A DNA stretch of 63,192 nt, filler included. It is 8 parts of 8 records of this genome, joined end to end, with 100 filler letters (N's around TTAATTAATTAA, not from the genome) between each part and the next. Parts side by side here need not be neighbours in the genome. Positions count along the whole stretch, not along the records: positions 39,612 to 44,977 come from SRR31156797_11802; positions 45,078 to 56,663 come from SRR31156797_11815; 6 more parts are not named here. One strand, given 5' to 3'. Position numbers and translations under genes: made by a program. Each line of letters starts with the position of its first letter. Position 1 is the stretch's first letter. The notes beneath the pieces are model-generated. The model made no database searches. It was given only the letters and a program-made list of their open reading frames with translations, and was not told the DNA's origin. Below, in pieces: positions 39,919 to 49,001 of the stretch.

Positions 39919-42303
39919 TTAAAAATCGTTTGTCGTAAATGAATACAATTTTCCTGTTTCAGTGTTTTGACTTATAAGCTTACCCCTATAACGTAGGTTT
40001 AATTTATTGCCCAATACCGAATGTACTTTTAAGGCAGTAAGAACTCCTTCTTTCCAGGAAATTGAAATCTCAAAACCACCACGTCCTTTTAAGCCCGAAA
40101 TATTTCCACTACTTAAACCCGAAGGTAGTGCAGGTAAAATGTCCAGGTAATAATCACCGTTTTCATCCCGAAGATGCGACTGCAACAACATTTCTGTGAT
40201 GCCGGAAGTTGCTCCAAAATTTCCATCAATTTGGAAAGGCGGATGTGCGTCAAACAGATTGTTGTATAATCCTCCGCGATCTTTATTCTGTTCCGGAGTC
40301 CGGGCAGGCAGAATTAGATTTTTTAGAATCAAAAAGGCATGATCACCATCCAACAGTCGTGCCCAGAAGTTCATTTTCCAGGCACGCGACCAGCCTGTTC
40401 CTTCATCTCCACGATGAGATAGTGTAATTTTACAAGCTTCAGCTAATTCCGGAGTGGTTAACGGGTGAATTTCGTTGCCTGGATGTAATCCCCATAAATG
40501 GGACACATGGCGGTGCTCATTTTTCGGATCATCAATATCCTTAAGCCATTCTTGTAACTGACCAAACTGACCGATCTGATTTGGAGCAATTTTTACACGT
40601 TTCTCTTTTAAAACAGAAATAAACTCAGCATCTACGTCTAATATTTCCGCAGCTTCTATTGTATTTGCAAACAGGTTTCTAATAATTTGGTGATCCATTG
40701 TTGGAGCCATAACCAAACCCCCGTTTTCCGGGCTGTTACTTGGGCCGCTTACCAACCATTCCGGATTGTTCGAATCCGTTACCAGGTAGTCGACAAAAAA
40801 TTCACAGGCTGATTTCATAACCGGGTAAGCTCTTGTTCCCAAAAAGTCTTTGTCTCCTGAAAACTGGTAATGCCACCAAAGGTTCTGACATAGCCAGGCT
40901 CCACCTGTTGGCCAAATTCCATGATTTGCATTATTAATTGGAGCTGCTCCCCGCCAAATATCGGTGTTGTGATGTGCTACCCATCCGTCAAGGTTATAAT
41001 GTTCTTTAGCTATTTTTCTTCCGGTTAGTGCCAGTTCTTCGGTCATTTGCATTATCGGATCAGCTAATTCGGGTAGGTTTGTAATTTCTGCCGGCCAATA
41101 ATTCATTTCAGCGTTTATGTTGATGGTATATTTACTGTCCCAAGCTGGAGCCAGTTGATCGTTCCATATCCCCTGTAAATTAGCAGCTTGTGTTCCTTCG
41201 CGCGACGAAGAGATTAACAGGTACCTACCGTATTGAAACAATAAAGCAACCAGACTTGGGTCTTCATCTTGCTGAAAGCTTTTTAAACGTTCGTTGGTCG
41301 GGCGGTTCGAGATTTCCGATTTTCCCAGGTCAAGAGCAACACGACCAAAAAGATTCCGGTAATCTTTTAGATGGGTTTCTTTAAGTGATGCATAAGATTT
41401 GCTTTCCAGTTTCGATAGGTAGTTTTGGCAACGTTTCGATGGGTCAGCGCTAATGTCTTGATAATTTACAAAGTTGGTAGCTGCTACCAATATTAATGTT
41501 GCTCCTTTCGAATTTTGTACTGTAACCGTAGTATCGCTGGCCACGATATGTCCACCTTCAGGAATAATTTGTAGACGAGCCTCAAATTCAACTTTGCTGT
41601 CGGGGTAACCTCCGCCAGCTCTGATTTTTTCTTGTGGGTAATTGTTTGCTTTTCCCTTTAGGATGATTACATCATTTTTTACCGAAACGTTGTACTTATC
41701 GTGCGGAGAATCCATCCCAACTGTAAATTCTAATTTGCCATTTTTTGAGGCTTCCAAATGAACTACTGTTGCTTGATCGGGATTGGAAGAAAATACTTCG
41801 CGCTTATAGGTAACATCTTCAATAGTGTACGAAACAGAAGTGATTGCATTTTCAAGATCCAGCGTTCTTTTATAATTGGTTACATTTTCATGGTCCGGAA
41901 AATTGAGTAAAATATTTCCGAATGGCTGGTAATTTAGTTGTCCCAACGGCTGAGACATAAAGCTGGCATTCCCAAGCTCTTCAGCCTCATCTTGTTTACC
42001 TTTCCAAAGCAGTTCTCTCATTTTCTGAAAGCTCTTGTTAGCATCTTTGTGTGCATAAGCATGTGGAGCACCGGTCCATAGCGTTTCTTCATTAAACTGA
42101 ACAGTTTCGCTGTTGGTTTTTCCATAAACCATGGCACCTAAACGGCCATTTCCTATCGGAAGTGCTTCGGTCCAATCTGCAGCTGGTTTGTCGTACCAGA
42201 GTACCAGCGAGGGATTTAGCTCTTTTTCCGGTTGATCATATGTCTTACAAGAGAATTGGGTTAATACGCAAAAAATCAAGATGATAACAGAGATGTACTT
42301 CAT
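39919..42303 (-). CDS. Glycoside hydrolase family 95 (alpha-1,2-L-fucosidase-like) lipoprotein
   Basis: EALPIGNGRLGAM, FQYGRYLLISSSR, NLQGIWN, NINAEMNYWP, HRHVSHL, HPPFQIDGNFG; lipobox FSC. Confidence 0.95.
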   Translation of the reverse strand: MKYISVIILIFCVLTQFSCKTYDQPEKELNPSLVLWYDKPAADWTEALPIGNGRLGAMVYGKTNSETVQFNEETLWTGAPHAYAHKDANKSFQKMRELLWKGKQDEAEELGNASFMSQPLGQLNYQPFGNILLNFPDHENVTNYKRTLDLENAITSVSYTIEDVTYKREVFSSNPDQATVVHLEASKNGKLEFTVGMDSPHDKYNVSVKNDVIILKGKANNYPQEKIRAGGGYPDSKVEFEARLQIIPEGGHIVASDTTVTVQNSKGATLILVAATNFVNYQDISADPSKRCQNYLSKLESKSYASLKETHLKDYRNLFGRVALDLGKSEISNRPTNERLKSFQQDEDPSLVALLFQYGRYLLISSSREGTQAANLQGIWNDQLAPAWDSKYTININAEMNYWPAEITNLPELADPIMQMTEELALTGRKIAKEHYNLDGWVAHHNTDIWRGAAPINNANHGIWPTGGAWLCQNLWWHYQFSGDKDFLGTRAYPVMKSACEFFVDYLVTDSNNPEWLVSGPSNSPENGGLVMAPTMDHQIIRNLFANTIEAAEILDVDAEFISVLKEKRVKIAPNQIGQFGQLQEWLKDIDDPKNEHRHVSHLWGLHPGNEIHPLTTPELAEACKITLSHRGDEGTGWSRAWKMNFWARLLDGDHAFLILKNLILPARTPEQNKDRGGLYNNLFDAHPPFQIDGNFGATSGITEMLLQSHLRDENGDYYLDILPALPSGLSSGNISGLKGRGGFEISISWKEGVLTALKVHSVLGNKLNLRYRGKLISQNTETGKLYSFTTNDF

Positions 42304-42533
42304 TGTAATAAGAATAGGTAATTGAAACGAATGTAAATTTACGAAATATTGAGCTTGTTAGGGATATGAGCTATTATAAAAAGGGTAGAAAAGAAGTGCT
42401 TATAAATGTTGAGATAACATTGGTACAACCACAAAAAGAGATGATTCGCCCAAAATAGATGCGTTAAATAATATCGAATAGTTACATTGAATCTTTGTAT
42501 TTTTAGATATATTTTTCATGCAATATAAAGAAT

Positions 42534-43268
42534 ATGTGTTACAACGTAGAGCAGGTAAGGGTGAAGATTGAAATGATGATAAAACGAGGCTATTTAAGCC
42601 GCGCTGATTTTAATAATATGCCCGATTCGTGGGTGTTGAAAGGCTTTTACAATCCATCGGTAATGGTAATTACCAATGAAAAGCCTTACAAAGCGAGAGA
42701 ACTTTCGTGGGGGCTAATTCCTGAGAATACCAGTAGCCTTGACTATGCCAATTCGATTAAAACCAAAACACTTAATGCCCGATGCGAAGATTTGCTTGAT
42801 CGCCCATCGTATAAACACCTGGTGGGACACAGGCATTGTCTGATTCCTGTTTCCGGTTTTTACGAATGGCGCGATATTCACAAAAGTAAATACCCTTATT
42901 ACATTTACATGAAAGACCGTAGCCCTTTTATGCTGGCTGGTTTGTGGGACAGATGGACGGAGCCAGGTACTTTAAACATACATGAAACATTTTCTATAAT
43001 TACATGCGAAGCAAATGACCTGATGAAGACTATTCACAACAAAAAACAACGTATGCCTGTAATTATTTCTCCGGAAGATGAAGAAAAATGGTTAACTGCC
43101 AATGATTATCAAACGATCATTAATCTTTGTCAACCTTTTGATGATGAAATAATGGATGCGCATACCATTGACAAATCCATTATTATGAGAAAAACAGGTT
43201 ACAACGTTCCAAACGTCAACGAATTTGTTTTTTATCCTGAAACCGAACAGAAAACATTATTTGATTAG
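42534..43268 (+). CDS. SRAP (SOS response-associated peptidase; YedK/HMCES family)
   Basis: N-terminal MC, WGLIP, LNARCE, CLIPVSGFYEW, LAGLW, IHN..RMP. Confidence 0.93.
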   Translation: MCYNVEQVRVKIEMMIKRGYLSRADFNNMPDSWVLKGFYNPSVMVITNEKPYKARELSWGLIPENTSSLDYANSIKTKTLNARCEDLLDRPSYKHLVGHRHCLIPVSGFYEWRDIHKSKYPYYIYMKDRSPFMLAGLWDRWTEPGTLNIHETFSIITCEANDLMKTIHNKKQRMPVIISPEDEEKWLTANDYQTIINLCQPFDDEIMDAHTIDKSIIMRKTGYNVPNVNEFVFYPETEQKTLFD

Positions 43269-44767
43269 AGTTTGATTTTAACCGGAGCAGAAGTAATACT
43301 TTCATTATTTAACCGGTCCAGCACGGTTATCCTAACTTCGTACACTTTCTTTTTCCTGTTAATCTTTTCAAATTTAATTTTGTTGTTTTTTATTATCGTA
43401 TACAACATTTCCGGATTATTAGGATCAAAAGAACTACCCTCTTGGTAAAGGTATACAACCGATTGCCAGGCTTTGTCCATTTCGATTTTGGTTTCCTTGG
43501 TCTTCCATTTTACTTTTCTTCCCGATTTTTTAATGTCGAAAGCTGGAAGTGGAGGTTTTTTATCGATCCATAGCATGGGGGGGACTATAGCAGGTTTTGT
43601 ATAAAAGCGTTGTGTTAAGCTGTCTTGAAAGCCCAAAAGGTCCTTGCGGAACCAGTTACTGCTAAAAAACGCAGATCCTTTAATCTCAGGGATCTTTCTT
43701 AAAATTTCAATTTGTTTTGGAAGTTGGTCAGATTCGGTCCATTCTTTGGTTTTTGAAGTTGCACTAATTCTATAAGGAGCTTGTCCGATGTACATAGCCC
43801 TGTCGTAAGAATGGTTCTTCCACCAGTTAGCCAATAGATTAAAATCAACAGCCGGATGTCCAATATGCCAGTATAACTGTGGTAAACAGTAGTCAATCCA
43901 GCCTTCTTTCTGCCATTTTACAATATCGGCATACAGGTGGTCGTAGTTGGTTGCTCCCGCCTGTGTGTCTGAGCCAAGTGGATCGTCAGCTTTATTTCGC
44001 CAAACACCAAAAGGACTTATTCCGAATTTCACCCAGGGCTTGGTGGCTTTTATGGTTTCGTTTAATATTCTTATTGTAATGTTAACATTATCCCTTCGCC
44101 AGTCAGCTTTATTTTCCACCAGGAAGCCACGATTGAATTGTCTAAACGACGCAGTATCAGGGAATTCTTCCTTGAGCGGGTACGGATAAAAGTAGTCATC
44201 CATATGAATTGCATCAATGTCGTAACGTGCAACAATATCTTTTACAACTTTGGTAATAAATGTTCTGGTTTGTGGCAGTCCGGGATCAAAATAAAGTTTA
44301 TCGCCATACTTTAGTATCCATTCAGGATGTTGAAAAGCAATGTGTTCAGTCGATAATTCTTCCGTATACTTTTGAGCAACACGATAAGGATTTAACCAGG
44401 CATGTAATTCCATTCCCCGTTTATGGCATTCTTCCGTCCAAAACGTTAGAGGATCGTAAAATTTGTCGGGGGCTTGTCCCTGTGTTCCTGTAAGGTATCT
44501 CGACCAGTGTTCCAGGTTCGATTTGTAAAAGGCATCGGCAGCGGGGCGAACTTGCAAAATAATAGTATTCATTCCCAGGTTTTTATGCAGGTTGAGAATA
44601 TCGATTATTTCCTGTTTTTGTTGTTTGGTACTTAATCCCGGTTTTGATGGCCAGTCGATGTTTGCTACGGTTGCAACCCAAACCGCACGAAACTCGTATT
44701 TTGGTTGAGAAAGCAAAGAGAAAGGGATTAAAAGGCAAATTAGAAGAGTTGGAATTAGTTGCTTCAT
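43265..44767 (-). CDS. Family 10-like glycosyl hydrolase (GHL10, YngK/YddW-like)
   Basis: EFRAVWVATVANIDWPS, QVRP, HAWLNPYR, HMDDYFYPY, FGISPFGVW, PQLYW; likely start ATG 44767. Confidence 0.92.
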   Translation of the reverse strand: MKQLIPTLLICLLIPFSLLSQPKYEFRAVWVATVANIDWPSKPGLSTKQQKQEIIDILNLHKNLGMNTIILQVRPAADAFYKSNLEHWSRYLTGTQGQAPDKFYDPLTFWTEECHKRGMELHAWLNPYRVAQKYTEELSTEHIAFQHPEWILKYGDKLYFDPGLPQTRTFITKVVKDIVARYDIDAIHMDDYFYPYPLKEEFPDTASFRQFNRGFLVENKADWRRDNVNITIRILNETIKATKPWVKFGISPFGVWRNKADDPLGSDTQAGATNYDHLYADIVKWQKEGWIDYCLPQLYWHIGHPAVDFNLLANWWKNHSYDRAMYIGQAPYRISATSKTKEWTESDQLPKQIEILRKIPEIKGSAFFSSNWFRKDLLGFQDSLTQRFYTKPAIVPPMLWIDKKPPLPAFDIKKSGRKVKWKTKETKIEMDKAWQSVVYLYQEGSSFDPNNPEMLYTIIKNNKIKFEKINRKKKVYEVRITVLDRLNNESITSAPVKIKL

Positions 44768-44790
44768 TTTGTGGAATTGATTCATGTTGA

Positions 44791-44798
44791 CAAAAATA
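44791..44798 (-). promoter_or_regulatory. Bacteroidota -7 promoter element TAnnTTTG
   Basis: TATTTTTG just upstream of the GHL10 start. Confidence 0.6.
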
Positions 44799-44835
44799 AG
44801 AGAATGTTACCTTGTAGGAAACGAAATGGGTAGAA

Positions 44836-44878
44836 TTTGCAACTTAGGTTTTGCAACTAAAAAAAATTGATATCTTTG
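44836..44878 (+). promoter_or_regulatory. Bacteroidota promoter (-33 TTTG, -7 TATCTTTG) with a TTTGCAACT direct repeat
   Basis: TATCTTTG 44871-44878; TTTGCAACT at 44836-44844 and 44850-44858. Confidence 0.6.
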
Positions 44879-44977
44879 TCGCAGCTAAAAAGTTAAAAAG
44901 GAATTAAGATATTTAAGAAAAACACCAGGCTTGCCATTCTGGTAAGTTTGTGGTTTATTAGGTTTAGTTGGTTTAGG

Positions 44978-45077
44978 NNNNNNNNNNNNNNNNNNNNNNN
45001 NNNNNNNNNNNNNNNNNNNNNTTAATTAATTAANNNNNNNNNNNNNNNNNNNNNNNNNNNNNNNNNNNNNNNNNNNN
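44978..45077. other. Artificial contig spacer
   Basis: N-run + TTAATTAATTAA + N-run. Confidence 0.98.
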
Positions 45078-45078
45078 G

Positions 45079-46038
45079 GGTGGGCTGTTAGCTAATCCTG
45101 ATTCAGGGGTCACGGAGAGCAATCTTGATCAGGCTCTCGTGGCTGGCGCTCAAGGATCAGATGTTGATAGTCATAATGATATCCTATCCGGAGGCGATGG
45201 CCTTTACAACGACACCCCAGATACCCCGGTGGACACAGAAGCTCCTGGGGGCACCTCAAACACGAACCCAGGGAATACAAATTCGGGGAATACGAATTCA
45301 GGGAGCACGACGACAAGAACTTTGCCCGTAACCATGCCGGAGGTTTCACTTGACACGGTAGAGCCATACGTTCCGAGTGAAGCAGATACCGTGGCCGGTA
45401 GGCTTAATGGTTTATTGGCGTCGGAAAGCCAATACATGCAGGCTGCGAGAGAAGCAGGCGAGAGGGATGCACAGGCCCGTGGTCTGCTTAATTCCTCGCT
45501 TGCCGCTGAGGCGTCTGAAAAAGCCGCAATTGAAGCAGCCCTTCCGATTGCACAGCAAGATTCGCAGTCGTTGATTTCCACAGCAGCCGATCAGAATATT
45601 GTGAACACCAAAGCCTATCAAAGCGCACAGCTTTCAGCACAAGAGGCTAATCAAACAAGCTTATTAAATGACCAGCAAAACCAAGCAGCGTCCGACCTTT
45701 CGACACAAGACGCTGAGCAAGATGCTGCCCTTGAGGAAATAAAGCAGCAATGGGCGAACTATCGTCAACAAGTTGAGTTGGACTTCAATGACAGTATGTC
45801 TGCCATGGAGCTGACTACAAATGAAAAAAATGCCCTGGCAAGTTCCATCCAGGCATTGGGGGATAGCTTTCAATCAAACGTGGCAGGTATCCAAATTAGC
45901 GACAAGGGCAGGGGCACAAGAACAGCCGCCATAAATGACTTAGCCGACGTGTACCAAGCTAATATTGAAGCGTTGGGGTCTATCTATGGTGTTGAAGTGA
46001 CATGGTCAGGATTCGAAATGGACTGGTCTCACCTATAA
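45079..46038 (+). CDS. Phage virion protein (putative internal/ejection protein), 5'-truncated
   Basis: Frame open from the contig edge (GGLLANPDSG...); TVAGRLNGLLASESQYMQAA...ARGLLNSSLA...ALPIAQQD helical motif; Q/N-rich coiled coil. Confidence 0.65.
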   Translation, partial: GGLLANPDSGVTESNLDQALVAGAQGSDVDSHNDILSGGDGLYNDTPDTPVDTEAPGGTSNTNPGNTNSGNTNSGSTTTRTLPVTMPEVSLDTVEPYVPSEADTVAGRLNGLLASESQYMQAAREAGERDAQARGLLNSSLAAEASEKAAIEAALPIAQQDSQSLISTAADQNIVNTKAYQSAQLSAQEANQTSLLNDQQNQAASDLSTQDAEQDAALEEIKQQWANYRQQVELDFNDSMSAMELTTNEKNALASSIQALGDSFQSNVAGIQISDKGRGTRTAAINDLADVYQANIEALGSIYGVEVTWSGFEMDWSHL

Positions 46039-46047
46039 TAGCGAGGT

Positions 46048-46527
46048 TTGGTTGTGAGTATGGAAAAAGATGGGGGAAAAAAATTCGGGGTGACCAGGAC
46101 TTTTGACGAAGAAATCCTCAGTCAGATATTCAATCACCCAAGAGTCCATGGGTGGATTATAGATGATAAGTCGCCGGGGTTCCATAAGCCCATTATCAAC
46201 CCGGCTATAATTTATCTTGTCGATGAATCGAAAAGAGCAGTGGTTCAGATAAACCCTCTCAATGGTGTCTCTTGCAATGTCCACGTAGCTGCGCTGCCAG
46301 AAATGTGGGGAGTCGTTGATAAGTTCGTCAAGGAAGCTATCCAGTGGGGAATTGAGAACACAAGATACATGAAAGCTGTCGCGATGATCCCAGCGTATAA
46401 CAAGTGCGCTTTGGAAATCGCCAGGCGGGTTGGGTTTCTGCATGAAGGTGTTTTAAGAAAATCGTTTTTAAAGAATTGGAAACTTCATGACCAAATAATT
46501 TTGGGTCTTTGTAAGGAGGATATTTAA
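46048..46527 (+). CDS. Phage GNAT-fold protein (DUF2824/P22 gp14-like)
   Basis: CNVHVAALPEMWG...AMIPAYNKCALEIARRVGFLHEGVLRKSFLKNWKLHDQIILGL; true start may be ATG 46060. Confidence 0.75.
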   Translation: MVVSMEKDGGKKFGVTRTFDEEILSQIFNHPRVHGWIIDDKSPGFHKPIINPAIIYLVDESKRAVVQINPLNGVSCNVHVAALPEMWGVVDKFVKEAIQWGIENTRYMKAVAMIPAYNKCALEIARRVGFLHEGVLRKSFLKNWKLHDQIILGLCKEDI

Positions 46528-47297
46528 TGGCATCAGGAGCGGTAGCAGTGGCTGCCTGGATAGGTTCATCAGTAGGGGCGGCGGTTGGGTCAGCCGCTAC
46601 GGCAGTGGGTGTGTCTGCTGCAACAGCTGCGACGGTAGCAGCAGCAGTGACGGCCGTAGCCACAAAGGTGGTTATAGGGGCAGCCGTGGGCGCTGTGATT
46701 GGAGGGGCCACATCGGCCATTACCGGGGGCAATATTCTTGACGGGGCGTTAAGGGGGGCCGCAATCGGAGGGGTGACAGCCGGGGTTTTCTCCGGGCTCA
46801 GTATGGCTACCGGGTATGCGTCAGCCGCCGAACAGATGGCCGGGCTTGGGCTGACTGAAACTGGGGCTGCTTTGCCGGAAGTTACTGCGCCTGCCTCAAC
46901 CGGGGCTCTTGCCCAAGGCAGTGCCGGTGCTGTGGATATACCCGCCGCACCATCAGGGCTTCTTGCCCAAGGCAGTACCGGTGCTGTGGATATACCCGCG
47001 TCCAATATTGCTGCCAACGGAGGCGGAGAAGCAGCAAAACAAGGCCTTTTGAGTAGAATATCAGATTCAGCTTTAAGCGATGAAGGCATAGGCGGCATGA
47101 TTGAAGGCGGCTTCAAGGGGGTCGGTCAAGTTGCCGCATCGAAACTTGAAAAAGACAAAGAGATGGAGCTGGCGGAATATGAAGTCAAACAAAAAGCCAT
47201 AGATCAATCTCAGGCCGACGATTTTCAAGCGCGGACTGCAAACATTAAAGTCCCGGATTGGTGGAACAAGTACTCTAAGACGGAGGCAACGGCATGA
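46527..47297 (+). CDS. Ala/Gly-rich hydrophobic phage protein, putative ejection protein (gp7-like position)
   Basis: Glycine-zipper N-terminus (GAAVGAVIGGATSAITGG...GAAIGG); position after the GNAT gene. Confidence 0.65.
   Translation: MASGAVAVAAWIGSSVGAAVGSAATAVGVSAATAATVAAAVTAVATKVVIGAAVGAVIGGATSAITGGNILDGALRGAAIGGVTAGVFSGLSMATGYASAAEQMAGLGLTETGAALPEVTAPASTGALAQGSAGAVDIPAAPSGLLAQGSTGAVDIPASNIAANGGGEAAKQGLLSRISDSALSDEGIGGMIEGGFKGVGQVAASKLEKDKEMELAEYEVKQKAIDQSQADDFQARTANIKVPDWWNKYSKTEATA
46907..46999 (+). repeat. In-frame tandem duplication, period 54 bp (18 aa)
   Basis: TCTTGCCCAAGGCAGT[G/A]CCGGTGCTGTGGATATACCCGC at 46907-46945 and 46961-46999, one mismatch in 39. Confidence 0.9.
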
Positions 47298-47860
47298 ATT
47301 TAAATGATGCTATGCAGAGTGACCAGGGCCAGCAGGCCCAGCCCTCACAGCAGCCTGTCAGACAGCAAACCGCCCAACAAGGCCAGCAGCAAGCCGAGCA
47401 AGGACAGGTGTCACCTGAAGCACAACAGGAGTTTGATATCTTCGTTGCAAACGGAATGAGCGTAATCCATTCCCAACAGGTTACTGAAGGCATCTTGTAT
47501 AATGTCTCAAAAAATAAAAACAGGCTTGAAGCCTTTGCTACAATACTTGTCAGCGTGGTTTCTAAGCTGTTCGATTCAGCGAGTAATAATGGAGTTAAAA
47601 TCACAAATGATACCCTTGTCCATGGATCCAATGTTTTGTTGCAAGAAATTTTGGGCGTAGCACAGGCTGCCGGAATGGGAGAATTAAACGAAGAACAAAA
47701 AACTGAAATCTTCCAGCGTGGGATTGGCATGTATTTGGACCAGGCCGTTAAAACCGGGAGGATGACCAAGGAGGAGCTTGTCTCTATGGGTGAGCAGGCC
47801 AAGCAAACTCCGGAGGGCCAAGAAGTCATGCAAACCGCACAGAAGTCAGGGGGACTTTAA
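47294..47860 (+). CDS. Hypothetical phage protein with a Gln-rich N-terminus
   Basis: ATGA overlap and SD GGAGG; helical core. Confidence 0.75.
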   Translation: MNLNDAMQSDQGQQAQPSQQPVRQQTAQQGQQQAEQGQVSPEAQQEFDIFVANGMSVIHSQQVTEGILYNVSKNKNRLEAFATILVSVVSKLFDSASNNGVKITNDTLVHGSNVLLQEILGVAQAAGMGELNEEQKTEIFQRGIGMYLDQAVKTGRMTKEELVSMGEQAKQTPEGQEVMQTAQKSGGL

Positions 47861-48997
47861 ATGGGTTCATGGGGAGCAGGTCTCCTTGCGGCCGTTAGCG
47901 GTGCTGGGGAGGGTTTAGGCAAGGCCATGGGCAACCAGGCCCGTGAAAAAAGGAAAGAAACAGTTGATGCGGCGAAGGCCAGGGCTCTTGAGGAAAAACA
48001 AAAGAACCTTTTATTCCTGCAAAACGAATTAGCCGGTCAACGCCAGGATAGACAAAACGCTTTTAAGGTGGGTCAACAAGGATCTGGTAGGTTCGATGGT
48101 GGACACGAACTGACCAATGCTGAATTTGGCGCTCTCCCGGAGTCTGGGCGCAAAGGGCTCCTCTCTACTGCTGAGTATGAACAGTCTTTGGCTGATCGAA
48201 AATTTGGCGAAGCAAAAAAAGTAGCGGATTACCAACATGGCCTTGGCATGCAAAGGGATAGCCATAAGGCTGGATTGAAAACAACATCCAAGACGGATCT
48301 TGAGCAGAAATATAATTTTCTTGCCAATACCTTTGGTGAAGAAAAAGCAAAAGAAATGATCTCCGCATCACTGGTTAAGAAAAGTGGTGGTGATACAGCC
48401 CTTGATTACCGCAAATTATGGAACGACGCCTACAACAAGAAACTGAAGATTTTGACGGAAGACATGTCAGACCAAAGGACTCTTACTGAAAAAGAAGCCG
48501 ATGCAAGGGCAATGGCGGACCAGGTGGCAGGCGTTTCATTGGGCGGTGGACAGGGTGGGGTTGTACCTGGTTCTCTTGCCGACCGCGTTGCAAGAATCAA
48601 TAGTCAGAAAAAAGAGCCGCAAAAACCGATGCCCAAGACAGAGGATGGTTCTCAACAATCAGCCCAAGGGAGCCGTGGTCTTTTGTCTATGGATCCAAGC
48701 ACACCAATAGCAGAAAGCCGTAAAATAGAAAATGCTGCAGGGTTTAAAACCTCGATGGATTCCATTGCTGAAAATTCAGGCATGAACGCATCGGCCAATG
48801 TTCAGAATGCAATAAAACTCACAAGGGGGCAGTACAACCCGACAGATGGCTCTATTCAGTTTAAACCCAAAGATGAGTCAGATCTGAAAGCTATTTTGGT
48901 TGAGCTGAAAAAACAAGGCATAGAGTTTGGTGCTGAGCGCGGGAGCAATGGAGAAATCATACTTCGTATCACCGAAAGACAAAGGTTTGTGAATTAA
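47861..48997 (+). CDS. Putative phage ejection protein (gp20-like position)
   Basis: MGSWGAGLLAAVSGAGEGLG amphipathic start followed by charged helices. Confidence 0.6.
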   Translation: MGSWGAGLLAAVSGAGEGLGKAMGNQAREKRKETVDAAKARALEEKQKNLLFLQNELAGQRQDRQNAFKVGQQGSGRFDGGHELTNAEFGALPESGRKGLLSTAEYEQSLADRKFGEAKKVADYQHGLGMQRDSHKAGLKTTSKTDLEQKYNFLANTFGEEKAKEMISASLVKKSGGDTALDYRKLWNDAYNKKLKILTEDMSDQRTLTEKEADARAMADQVAGVSLGGGQGGVVPGSLADRVARINSQKKEPQKPMPKTEDGSQQSAQGSRGLLSMDPSTPIAESRKIENAAGFKTSMDSIAENSGMNASANVQNAIKLTRGQYNPTDGSIQFKPKDESDLKAILVELKKQGIEFGAERGSNGEIILRITERQRFVN

Positions 48998-49001
48998 GCT
49001 T

